This document shows, piece by piece, positions 25,584-33,165 of a stretch of DNA of 33,165 nucleotides. The position numbers and the translations under genes were made by a program. Each line of letters starts with the position of its first letter. Position 1 is the stretch's first letter. Origin of the DNA: an uncultured virus (IMG/VR IMGVR_UViG_3300030099_003764) (taxonomy: Duplodnaviria > Heunggongvirae > Uroviricota > Caudoviricetes); the IMG/VR virus record IMGVR_UViG_3300030099_003764; one strand, given 5' to 3'. The notes under the pieces were generated by a model. The model was given only the letters and a program-made list of their open reading frames with translations, searched no databases and was not told where the DNA came from.

Positions 25584-26918
25584 ATGGTAGGATATATTAA
25601 CACAATTGCAGATTTAGAAGCACAAACATACGGAATGAATCTACCTGCTGGTAATGCTTTGCTAAAGCAAGCCGGTATGGTTGGTGGAATACACACAGGA
25701 CATGACGGTTCTCCGTCATTTAGCGGTTCAGCCGTTTCTGATGTATCAGCACTATACAATGTCGTTTATGGACAAAAGGTTTGGTCTATGCTAAACCGTG
25801 AAGTAAATGCACTTTCAATGATTTCAAAGAGGCCATACACTTCAAGCGGTTGGAGAGTATTAAAGAGCAGACCTGCTGGTGGTAGCGGTAATCTATTTAC
25901 TGTTGATAAGGCAAATGTTTCCCTAACATTGGGAGAATTGGGTTCAGACACACCAAGAGCAGATTCTATTGGTGGTGTTCCTGAGAATGCTGGTCTTTCA
26001 ACTGCACAAGATGGATTGGGGCCAATTGCACCAACTTATGCTCAATTGAACATGAGTCCAAAAGTCGTTGCACATCAATTTGATTTCAGTGAATTGGCAA
26101 TGGAGATGGCGCAGATTGACGATGGAATTGGCGATATTAGAGCGCAAATGCGTGAAGATATGGGTAAGCACCATGCAGAAGTACAAAACAAGATGCTTGT
26201 TATGCCACTAGAGTTTTATGGTGAAGCGTCACTATTGCCTAACATTGGTAACAACTATACTTCTTTGCTAAAGGTTATTACTTCAAAGGCTGAATTAGAC
26301 CTATTGGATGCACAATCTTCTCTAATGACTGATGGTGCAACTGCAACAAATGTGAGTCACATTTACGGTACAAACCGTGATAGTGCTTCATTCCTTGATG
26401 CTGAAGTAGATGCTGGTTCTACTTATGCGGCAACAGGAGTTAGGTCACTAACTCTAACTTTGCTAAATAACATGGTTCGCAATCTAAGACTTGCTGGTGG
26501 TTCACCAAAGGTTATTCTAACCGGATATGATACCATTCAAGCACTTGCAGACCTATTGCAAAGCCAAGAGAGATTTATGGATAGAAAGGAAATTGTTCCA
26601 ACAGTGAACGGTGTTCGTGGAACAAAGGGTCAAGAAGTCGGATTTAGAGTAGCAACATACTACGACATTCCGCTAATTCCTGTAAAGGACATGACTACTA
26701 CCGGACTTGCTTCAACAAAACTATCAGACCTATTGTTCCTTGATACAGACCATCTATGGCTATCAGTTATGAAGCCAACTCAATACTTTGAAGATGGTAT
26801 TTCTAATGGAAACCCATTCGGTGTAGGAACACTCGGAAACCGTGCATTGTACCGTACTATCGGTGAAGTCGGTTGTTCGTTCTTCAAGGGTCAAGGAAAA
26901 ATTACTAACATACAGTGA
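25584..26918 (+). CDS. Major capsid protein (HK97 fold)
   Basis: Directly after protease; GAGGTGAT RBS at 25572-25579 favours ATG 25584; HK97-like features (EDMGKHHAEVQNKMLV, GGSPKVILT, YYDIPLIP, LLFLDTDHL, GKITNIQ). Confidence 0.9.
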   Translation: MVGYINTIADLEAQTYGMNLPAGNALLKQAGMVGGIHTGHDGSPSFSGSAVSDVSALYNVVYGQKVWSMLNREVNALSMISKRPYTSSGWRVLKSRPAGGSGNLFTVDKANVSLTLGELGSDTPRADSIGGVPENAGLSTAQDGLGPIAPTYAQLNMSPKVVAHQFDFSELAMEMAQIDDGIGDIRAQMREDMGKHHAEVQNKMLVMPLEFYGEASLLPNIGNNYTSLLKVITSKAELDLLDAQSSLMTDGATATNVSHIYGTNRDSASFLDAEVDAGSTYAATGVRSLTLTLLNNMVRNLRLAGGSPKVILTGYDTIQALADLLQSQERFMDRKEIVPTVNGVRGTKGQEVGFRVATYYDIPLIPVKDMTTTGLASTKLSDLLFLDTDHLWLSVMKPTQYFEDGISNGNPFGVGTLGNRALYRTIGEVGCSFFKGQGKITNIQ

Positions 26919-26938
26919 GGAAATAAGGAGAGGATAAT

Positions 26939-27202
26939 ATGGCATTTGCAACAGTTATACACTTAGAAATGAACCTAGAAGGAAACAGAAAGATAGTTTG
27001 CGGTCAAACTACTTCTGATAGCACAGACGGAAATATTGAAACAGGGCTTTCAAGCGTTGATTCTCTAGTATTTACCCATAAGGGTTCTGCTGAAGAAGCG
27101 GCGGCGGCAGTAATTAATGCTGATTTGCCACTTTCAAGCGGTGATGTAGCAATACATTGTGTTAGCGGTGATGTAGTTTATTTCATGGCAATCGGACAGT
27201 GA
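26939..27202 (+). CDS. Small beta-rich protein, probable virion/head accessory
   Basis: Follows MCP; GGAGAGG RBS. Confidence 0.6.
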   Translation: MAFATVIHLEMNLEGNRKIVCGQTTSDSTDGNIETGLSSVDSLVFTHKGSAEEAAAAVINADLPLSSGDVAIHCVSGDVVYFMAIGQ

Positions 27203-27212
27203 GGCGGTATAA

Positions 27213-27578
27213 ATGGTAACAGTTACTATTTTAGCCGACCATAAAGGCGTTGCTCGACCAAGAGTACACGGTGACGAATATGTGGTTGATGCAGTATTTG
27301 ACCTAGACCCACATGCGGCGGCTGGTGTTGAAATATTAGCAAGCGATTTGGGGCTTTCAAGAATTACTGCGGCACATATCACAGGAGTAGAAAAGTTTGA
27401 TACTTTTCTTCCCCAAATACATATTAGTGCTACTGATGGTTCTTATATGGATAGTTCCGGTAATTCGGTTACAGACCGATTTACAATCGTAGCAACAGAT
27501 TTGGACGGTTCTAACGCTTCTGCTTCTGATGCTGACGATATTGGTTTTATCCGAATTAGAGCATACGGATTGATTTGA
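27213..27578 (+). CDS. Beta-rich protein, probable virion/head accessory
   Basis: GAGGCGG RBS; composition and position. Confidence 0.6.
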   Translation: MVTVTILADHKGVARPRVHGDEYVVDAVFDLDPHAAAGVEILASDLGLSRITAAHITGVEKFDTFLPQIHISATDGSYMDSSGNSVTDRFTIVATDLDGSNASASDADDIGFIRIRAYGLI

Positions 27579-27588
27579 GGTGAATTAG

Positions 27589-27927
27589 TTGGTTAAACTT
27601 AAACTAACTCCTAATTCATCAATGGGTCTTTTGAAAGTTACACCAACACAGGAAATTACAAGAGAGAAAGAAATAGAAGTTAGCGTTGCCTTTGCGATTA
27701 ATCGCATTGGCGACCCTAACTATCTATTTACTTTTGAAGAATGTGACCGTTCTGAGTTGGAAAACGCTGATGAAAAGTTATTGGCAAGTGCTTCTATTGG
27801 TCTAAAAAGAGAATTAACCGCAAAGGATTTGGTTGATACTCTACTACCAAAGAAAGTAGTGCCAAAGAAAACTACACCAAAGAAAACTACGAAGAAGGCT
27901 ACTAAGTCCTCTCTATCTACTGAATAA
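27589..27927 (+). CDS. Hypothetical protein with PKKTT-repeat basic tail
   Basis: TTG start after GAGGTGA; C-terminus PKKVVPKKTTPKKTTKKATK. Confidence 0.7.
   Translation: MVKLKLTPNSSMGLLKVTPTQEITREKEIEVSVAFAINRIGDPNYLFTFEECDRSELENADEKLLASASIGLKRELTAKDLVDTLLPKKVVPKKTTPKKTTKKATKSSLSTE
27847..27891 (+). repeat. 15-nt tandem repeat x3 (CCAAAGAAA-N6) encoding PKKxx
   Basis: ccaaagaaagtagtg ccaaagaaaactaca ccaaagaaaactacg. Confidence 0.7.
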
Positions 27928-27982
27928 TATCGGTAGTATTAATAGAGAGGCGTAGCCTCCCTCAAGTGAAACAGGTGATACT

Positions 27983-28282
27983 ATGGGATATTCGTGTAGG
28001 TCAAGTGGAGTATTGGGCGCAAGTAAATTAATTGTTACAGGTAGAACAAAATTAGTTAGTATTCATGCGGCTCTTTTTGTTACCGGCGGTGACGCAGTAA
28101 CAATTAATGTGTTCGATGGAACCGATAATACAGGCACTAAAATAGCAATGATTTCAAGTGCGACTAATGGCTATCACAACTTAGAATATGACATGCACGG
28201 AGTTTTGTGCAATACAGGATTATTCTTAGAAGTGGCCGAAGCAGGTTCTTCTACCGTCAATGTTTCTATTGAGTTTAACTGA
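27983..28282 (+). CDS. Small beta-sandwich protein, probable structural
   Basis: AGGTGAT RBS; alternating beta-strand pattern. Confidence 0.6.
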   Translation: MGYSCRSSGVLGASKLIVTGRTKLVSIHAALFVTGGDAVTINVFDGTDNTGTKIAMISSATNGYHNLEYDMHGVLCNTGLFLEVAEAGSSTVNVSIEFN

Positions 28283-28291
28283 GGTGGTTAA

Positions 28292-28681
28292 ATGGCGGCA
28301 TTAAACCAAGATACAAGACTAATTATGACTATACTATTCGTTGGCACTGTTAGCGGTGCTAATGTATATTTTTATGCTAACTACGGAATTAATTTCCCAT
28401 ACACTACATTGGCTCATGCTACTCTATTTGGGCTAATTACAGTCGGCGGAATTATGTGTCTAAAGGCTATCTTCGATTTATCACTTAATGATAAGATAGA
28501 GTTGAGATTGTTAGATAGAAGAATCAATGCTTATTGGGAACGCAGAGCGAGAGATGAGCAACAAAGACAAAAACTTACAGAAACTATGAAGCAATACAAT
28601 ACTAATGTTATTGCACCAAGCACTTCAATGTACGAAACCGAAAACACAATCTCAAATGATTTTTTGGCTAAGTTACAATGA
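28292..28681 (+). CDS. Membrane protein (2 predicted TM helices plus coiled coil)
   Basis: Hydrophobic LIMTILFVGTVSGANVYFYA and ATLFGLITVGGIMCLKAIF; charged helical tail. Confidence 0.75.
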   Translation: MAALNQDTRLIMTILFVGTVSGANVYFYANYGINFPYTTLAHATLFGLITVGGIMCLKAIFDLSLNDKIELRLLDRRINAYWERRARDEQQRQKLTETMKQYNTNVIAPSTSMYETENTISNDFLAKLQ

Positions 28682-28690
28682 GGTGATTAA

Positions 28691-28906
28691 ATGTTTAATG
28701 ACATAATGGGTTTTACAGAAACCGACTATGTTTATAATCAAAGCAGAGCGCACTCTGCTGATATGTTTTTTATGAAAATGAGAATGTGGTTTTGGGTCAC
28801 TTGTGCTTCTTTATCATTCTTCTTTTTAGGAAACATAATGGGAGTCTTTGACATAAATGTTGTCGGTTGGCTATTAGACAACCTTTGGCATTCATGGGAG
28901 GTTTAA
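28691..28906 (+). CDS. Small membrane protein
   Basis: MWFWVTCASLSFFFLGNIMGVF hydrophobic segment; GAGGTGAT RBS. Confidence 0.75.
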   Translation: MFNDIMGFTETDYVYNQSRAHSADMFFMKMRMWFWVTCASLSFFFLGNIMGVFDINVVGWLLDNLWHSWEV

Positions 28907-28908
28907 TC

Positions 28909-29571
28909 TTGTCAGTAATGACAGGTTTTGCTATTCTTGTCGGAGAAGCAATGATAGGTTTTTGGAAAAAGATACATGCAATTAATTTCGGCGTTTATGG
29001 GGCGACAATGGTAGGGAAAACAACATTAAGCCATCAATTAAGAACAAGGGGAGAAGTACAACAAATTAATGAAAGGACTGTTGGGCTACATAGACCAACA
29101 AGAAAAACAATTAAGATAGATGGAGATATGCACACTATAAGAAGTTCTGATATAGGGGGAGAAGCGATATATTGGAAAGAATGGGCCAAAGATATGAGAA
29201 TAAGAAAACCCAAATACATTATTTTTATGATAGACCATAGGCATTTAGATAGCGGAGTTAATTTAGACCATCAAGTAGCGTGGAAGTTTTTAGTTGATGT
29301 TATTATTAATGATAAATGGCCCAACGGTAAAAAGAAAAAAGAAAAAGATTATCCTTTAGCAATAGGAATATGGGCTAATAAATATGATATATGGGGAGAT
29401 AAATACAAATCAGAAAAGTCTATTGAAAAACATGAGATTTTTGAACCTTTCAAATACGGTATGAGGCAACTAAATGATAAAGGAATACCGACATTCAAAT
29501 ACATAGTATCAGCAAAATCAGACCCCGAAATGGTGTATAAAGGAATCACTACGATGATAAAAGATTATTGA
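28909..29571 (+). CDS. Ras/Arf-superfamily small GTPase
   Basis: G1 GATMVGKTT, G2 T (RTVG), G3 DIGGE, G4 NKYD, G5 SAK; start TTG 28909 (GGAGG at 28897-28901) or ATG 28918. Confidence 0.85.
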   Translation: MSVMTGFAILVGEAMIGFWKKIHAINFGVYGATMVGKTTLSHQLRTRGEVQQINERTVGLHRPTRKTIKIDGDMHTIRSSDIGGEAIYWKEWAKDMRIRKPKYIIFMIDHRHLDSGVNLDHQVAWKFLVDVIINDKWPNGKKKKEKDYPLAIGIWANKYDIWGDKYKSEKSIEKHEIFEPFKYGMRQLNDKGIPTFKYIVSAKSDPEMVYKGITTMIKDY

Positions 29572-29580
29572 GGAATAAAT

Positions 29581-30255
29581 ATGGCATATCAACAACCGAA
29601 CCTAATAGGAACTAATGTTTCAGTAACACCTAATTCAACTAACCCAAGTCAATTAAATTCATTTTCTATGAATAAGTTTTTACCTAAACTACAACAGTTT
29701 AGAGCAGGTGGAAATATAACAGAATACAAGTATGATGCTATTAAACCTAAAAAACAATTAAAAGAAATAAAAAAGATTCTATTACCGGAAAAGAAAAGTT
29801 TTCTGAAAGTAAAGTATGGTAATAAGTTTAATTTTAAGGATATTTGTGTTGTTTGCGGTACACATCATGTTTGGGAATCGGGAGATTTTCTAAGGCCTCC
29901 TATTCCTTTAGATAAAGTAACAAAGGGTAGACCAATGAGAGGAACATATTGTCCTAAACATGCAGGTATTCATAAACAAATGGAAATGCTTCAACAACAG
30001 ATTCTTGCTGATGAACATGGATTAGATTTCAAAGCCTTCATTCCTAAAATGAAAACCCCTCAAATTATGAAAAGAGGGCCATTAACTACATTGAGTAAAG
30101 AAGATGTTGTTAGTTTAACTTCAACCGGATGGGTTATAAAGCCGCCCACCATGACAGACAATGAAACGACTATGGCGGAGATAGTTCGCTTAGTCACAGA
30201 GATAGGTTTATCCACAGAAAGACTCAATCATTTATTAGGTAAAGGAGAGGAATAA
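29581..30255 (+). CDS. Hypothetical Zn-binding protein
   Basis: CVVC...CPKH ligand set; GAGG RBS. Confidence 0.75.
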   Translation: MAYQQPNLIGTNVSVTPNSTNPSQLNSFSMNKFLPKLQQFRAGGNITEYKYDAIKPKKQLKEIKKILLPEKKSFLKVKYGNKFNFKDICVVCGTHHVWESGDFLRPPIPLDKVTKGRPMRGTYCPKHAGIHKQMEMLQQQILADEHGLDFKAFIPKMKTPQIMKRGPLTTLSKEDVVSLTSTGWVIKPPTMTDNETTMAEIVRLVTEIGLSTERLNHLLGKGEE

Positions 30256-30256
30256 G

Positions 30257-30907
30257 ATGGCATTTGGAACAAGTAACAAAGCGGTATTAGGTGCAGTACA
30301 AGCACAAGGCGACCAGCAATTCAAGAATGTGAGTAACTTACTTTCACTACAAGAAAACCATGTCGAAGAGTTTTTTCAATATCACGGAGAACAGTTTTTT
30401 GCCGCTATGGAAAAACTCTTAGAAGATGTAATAGAAAGGTCAGTTAGTCAAATGCTAACAAAATTAGTTTTTGTTCAAGATTCTACTTCCGGTACTATGA
30501 AGTTACAATCTGGTTCTTTAGCAGAGTTTGAAAAGATTACACAGGAAAATATTGATTTAGATTTGACAAGACTATTGGATTCAGCAATCAATACCGAAGT
30601 AATTAATCAGAGAAAGATGGCTAAACAACAATATCTTGAATCACAAGGATTCTCTTCACCTCAATCAGTTTCAGCAGGTGCGGCAATCGCTGGCGTAACA
30701 GGTAATATGCAACAATACCAACAAATGCAGGGTGCTATGAATAATGGTAGTGGTTATCCTGTTCCTCCAAATGGAACAGACGGATATGGTAGGCCATATT
30801 GGATTGACCCACAAACAGGACAAATGAGTTATGAGCCGCCTTCTTCTGGATTAGGATTAGGTTCAGCAATACAGAAAGGTGCGGCTTGGGCTAAATGGTT
30901 AATGTGA
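30257..30907 (+). CDS. Hypothetical protein with Q/G/P-rich C-terminus
   Basis: Helical N-terminus; GYPVPPNGTDGYGRPYWIDPQTGQMSY; terminal amphipathic helix. Confidence 0.8.
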   Translation: MAFGTSNKAVLGAVQAQGDQQFKNVSNLLSLQENHVEEFFQYHGEQFFAAMEKLLEDVIERSVSQMLTKLVFVQDSTSGTMKLQSGSLAEFEKITQENIDLDLTRLLDSAINTEVINQRKMAKQQYLESQGFSSPQSVSAGAAIAGVTGNMQQYQQMQGAMNNGSGYPVPPNGTDGYGRPYWIDPQTGQMSYEPPSSGLGLGSAIQKGAAWAKWLM

Positions 30908-30918
30908 GTTGATTTATA

Positions 30919-32877
30919 TTGAAACTGTTTTATCAGAGAACCGGCAGAAGTGCCGAATGGAATGAAGATACTGCTAAAACAGAGTTTTTATATTTTATTT
31001 TTCAAGACTACATTACCACTAAGCAAAAGAATATCTCTGAGATAGATGAGTTTATCGAAGAGATGGCCGATGTTAATGAGGAAAAAGAGTTTATGAAAGA
31101 TGGTTTTAATAAAACTGAGTTTAATAATATAAACAAAACTGCGATAATAGAAATTGAAAGTAAAAAAATAAATGAATTGAAAGTTTTAGGAAACAAGGAT
31201 GATATTTTTCAAGACGCTCTCAAGTTTGTTGGTGATTCCACCATAAAAGATGCGGCTAATAAACTCAATCTACAAAGCAAATTAAAAATCACTTCTGATT
31301 TTGATAAAGAAGTGTATGCTAAAAAGGGATGGACAAATCAATACGGGTCTTATTTTTCCAAAGTCTTTGATACTATGAAAAAGGATGAAAAGACTAAAGA
31401 GAATCGTGATAGAAAGGTAGAAACTAAAACATTTACTCTTAATGAAGATAAAGTAGAAGGTGACTTAACTAAAGTTAAGAAGTTAAAAGAAGCAGGTTTT
31501 CAATTTATTACAAAAGAAACTATCGGTACTAAAAAGGAAACCGGTGAAACCACAGGTGGAACCGGAATGGGCGATATGAAGTATTCAAGAACAAGAAGTG
31601 TTACAAGAAACTTCGGCACTGTTCAACAAGGTATTCTTGATATGGATGAATTAGCGACTTTTTATGAACAAAAAATCCTTCCTACAAAAAGAGTTCCTGA
31701 AGGTGGTAAAAAATTAGATTGGAAATATGAAACTGTTGATTTACAATATGTTATTCAAAGACTTCTTTATTATGCGGGGGAGTTTAAGGATGCTAAAGGT
31801 AAAGCAACAGTAAAAGGATTAAAACTACCAAGATTAGATGCTGAAGCACAGAGAGAAGGTGCTGAAAGGTCAAAAAGAAGAAGAAAGGGTGAAAAGGTAG
31901 GGCCGTTAGATGATAAGTTTAAGGTAGATGTAGACCCTTCTATGATTGCTTCTATAATATCTAAAAAAAGAAATATAAAAGCAATACAAGATATATTTGA
32001 CGATATAGAAAAAATAGTCGAATTGGGTCAAAAGGGTAAAAAATTAACTAAAACTGATTTAGAAAAAATCCATGAAGGTATTGCTAAAGTACAGAAAGAT
32101 ATGGATGACCTCTACCCCGAAAATTTCAATTATCCGGCATTTTCACAATCTAAAGAAGATGGGGCTAAAAAAGGAAAATATGGTTTTAATGGGTATATTT
32201 ACATTTTTAACGCTGCTTCAAAAAAATTAGCACAGAAGTATGGTAGTAAATATCATAAAATAATTGTTGGACTTGAAGAGAAAGGAGAAAATAAAACAAT
32301 AAAAGCGTTCAAGGAACGGCAATTTGAATTATACAACGGCAGTGTTAACAACTTTTTAGCATGGGCGACAAAGGGATTAGATGCACTTGTATTGGCATAT
32401 ATCGAAGCAATACAAGAATATGGTAGACAGGTTCTTGCGGCATTAGAAGAGGCCGCAGGTATTAGATATAAACAAGACCTAAAGGCAAAAGAAGCATGGA
32501 ATGAACCCGAAAAATGGTTGAAAACCCAATTGACAGGGGTATTAAATGACATGCAGCATTTATATGTAGTCACATTAGTTGTATCAAAAACTACAAAAAA
32601 GGTTGCGGGTAGCGAAAATGTGTCATATAGAGTTGATAAATGGAATGTAAAGCCAAGATATGATTTACTTCCTCCCGCTATTCAAAGATATACTTCTATG
32701 CCAGCGCAAAAATTAGGTGGCGGTTCTTTTGTTTCTGATGAACAAATGGGTGCAAAACCAAAACAAAGAAAGTATATTAGAGCCGAGGAACAGGTAGATT
32801 ATCAAACTCAAAAGAAAGTTTCTGTATTTGCTAAAACTATTCTTAGAAGATTAAATGAAATAAAGAGTGTGATTTGA
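30919..32877 (+). CDS. Large K-rich hypothetical protein (652 aa)
   Basis: Long ORF, TTG start. Confidence 0.8.
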   Translation: MKLFYQRTGRSAEWNEDTAKTEFLYFIFQDYITTKQKNISEIDEFIEEMADVNEEKEFMKDGFNKTEFNNINKTAIIEIESKKINELKVLGNKDDIFQDALKFVGDSTIKDAANKLNLQSKLKITSDFDKEVYAKKGWTNQYGSYFSKVFDTMKKDEKTKENRDRKVETKTFTLNEDKVEGDLTKVKKLKEAGFQFITKETIGTKKETGETTGGTGMGDMKYSRTRSVTRNFGTVQQGILDMDELATFYEQKILPTKRVPEGGKKLDWKYETVDLQYVIQRLLYYAGEFKDAKGKATVKGLKLPRLDAEAQREGAERSKRRRKGEKVGPLDDKFKVDVDPSMIASIISKKRNIKAIQDIFDDIEKIVELGQKGKKLTKTDLEKIHEGIAKVQKDMDDLYPENFNYPAFSQSKEDGAKKGKYGFNGYIYIFNAASKKLAQKYGSKYHKIIVGLEEKGENKTIKAFKERQFELYNGSVNNFLAWATKGLDALVLAYIEAIQEYGRQVLAALEEAAGIRYKQDLKAKEAWNEPEKWLKTQLTGVLNDMQHLYVVTLVVSKTTKKVAGSENVSYRVDKWNVKPRYDLLPPAIQRYTSMPAQKLGGGSFVSDEQMGAKPKQRKYIRAEEQVDYQTQKKVSVFAKTILRRLNEIKSVI

Positions 32878-32878
32878 A

Positions 32879-33165
32879 ATGCCGGTAGCATCCTCCCCAA
32901 GTGATTACACTGCGATTAATGTTGATTATTCAACAGGTCAAGGTTTCTATACAGATAAGAATGCAGTTTCAGATATGTTACAGATACCAGCATTCTCTTC
33001 TTCTACTTATCCAACTCAAGCACAAGTCGGTGCAATCATCAAAAACATAGAAGGTATTGTTGATGATAAAGTAAAGCGTTCTCATAGGCCAATCATATAC
33101 AAGAATGAATATCATAACTTTGAGTTTATTCGCCATCCTATGCAATCCTATTATGGTGGCTATGT
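32879..33165 (+). CDS. Partial gene, probable head-tail adaptor (runs off window)
   Basis: Manual translation MPVASSPSDYTAINVDYSTGQGFYTDKNAVSDMLQIPAFSSSTYPTQAQVGAIIKNIEGIVDDKVKRS...; the Y-T..V...L...PT...V..II...E..VD pattern resembles gp6/gp15-type adaptors. Confidence 0.55.
   Translation, partial: MPVASSPSDYTAINVDYSTGQGFYTDKNAVSDMLQIPAFSSSTYPTQAQVGAIIKNIEGIVDDKVKRSHRPIIYKNEYHNFEFIRHPMQSYYGGY

Larger units (their letters stand above)
1..33165 (+). other. Tailed dsDNA virus genome segment (packaging and head module), probably archaeal (magrovirus-like)
   Basis: TerL, portal, prohead protease and HK97-type MCP in canonical order; single coding strand; overlapping ATGA/TAATG junctions; GGTGA-type RBS; no cellular housekeeping genes. 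Host assignment is inference. Confidence 0.85.

Noticed and set aside
323..32573. Numerous minus-strand ORFs (60-225 aa)
   Set aside because: They lie antisense to long + strand genes and have the F/L/S-rich composition expected from the reverse complement of K/E-rich codons; I saw no motifs in them.
1..33165. tRNA, rRNA or other structured RNA genes
   Set aside because: Intergenic gaps are too short and no cloverleaf-like sequence was seen by eye; tRNAscan/Infernal were not run.

Overview
AT-rich, gene-dense window with every credible gene on the + strand. It is the packaging and head-morphogenesis region of a large tailed virus (Caudoviricetes). Archaeal-type GGTGA/GGAGG Shine-Dalgarno sites and several gene families I recall from marine viruses suggest an archaeal host, possibly a magrovirus of Marine Group II/Poseidoniales (inference). 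Recognisable genes are terminase large subunit, a LAGLIDADG-domain protein, a portal with Zn-ribbon insertions, an ATP-dependent DNA ligase, a prohead protease-scaffold fusion, the major capsid protein, a Ras/Arf-like small GTPase beside membrane proteins, and a truncated probable head-tail adaptor. The most striking signal is that about 15 otherwise unrelated ORFs (plus 3 variants) start with the same peptide M-[ST/N]-W-x-[DE]-[IVL]-[IVLM]-K. A related W-x-D-I-x-K helix ends the scaffold and a small scaffold-like protein, and the scaffold is studded with hydrophobic-x-K-[AS] sites. My hypothesis is a capsid-targeting and protease-cleavage tag system that loads many cargo proteins into the head, analogous to the T4 internal-protein CTS. 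The tag-coding DNA also forms direct repeats at gene junctions that may let cargo cassettes shuffle.
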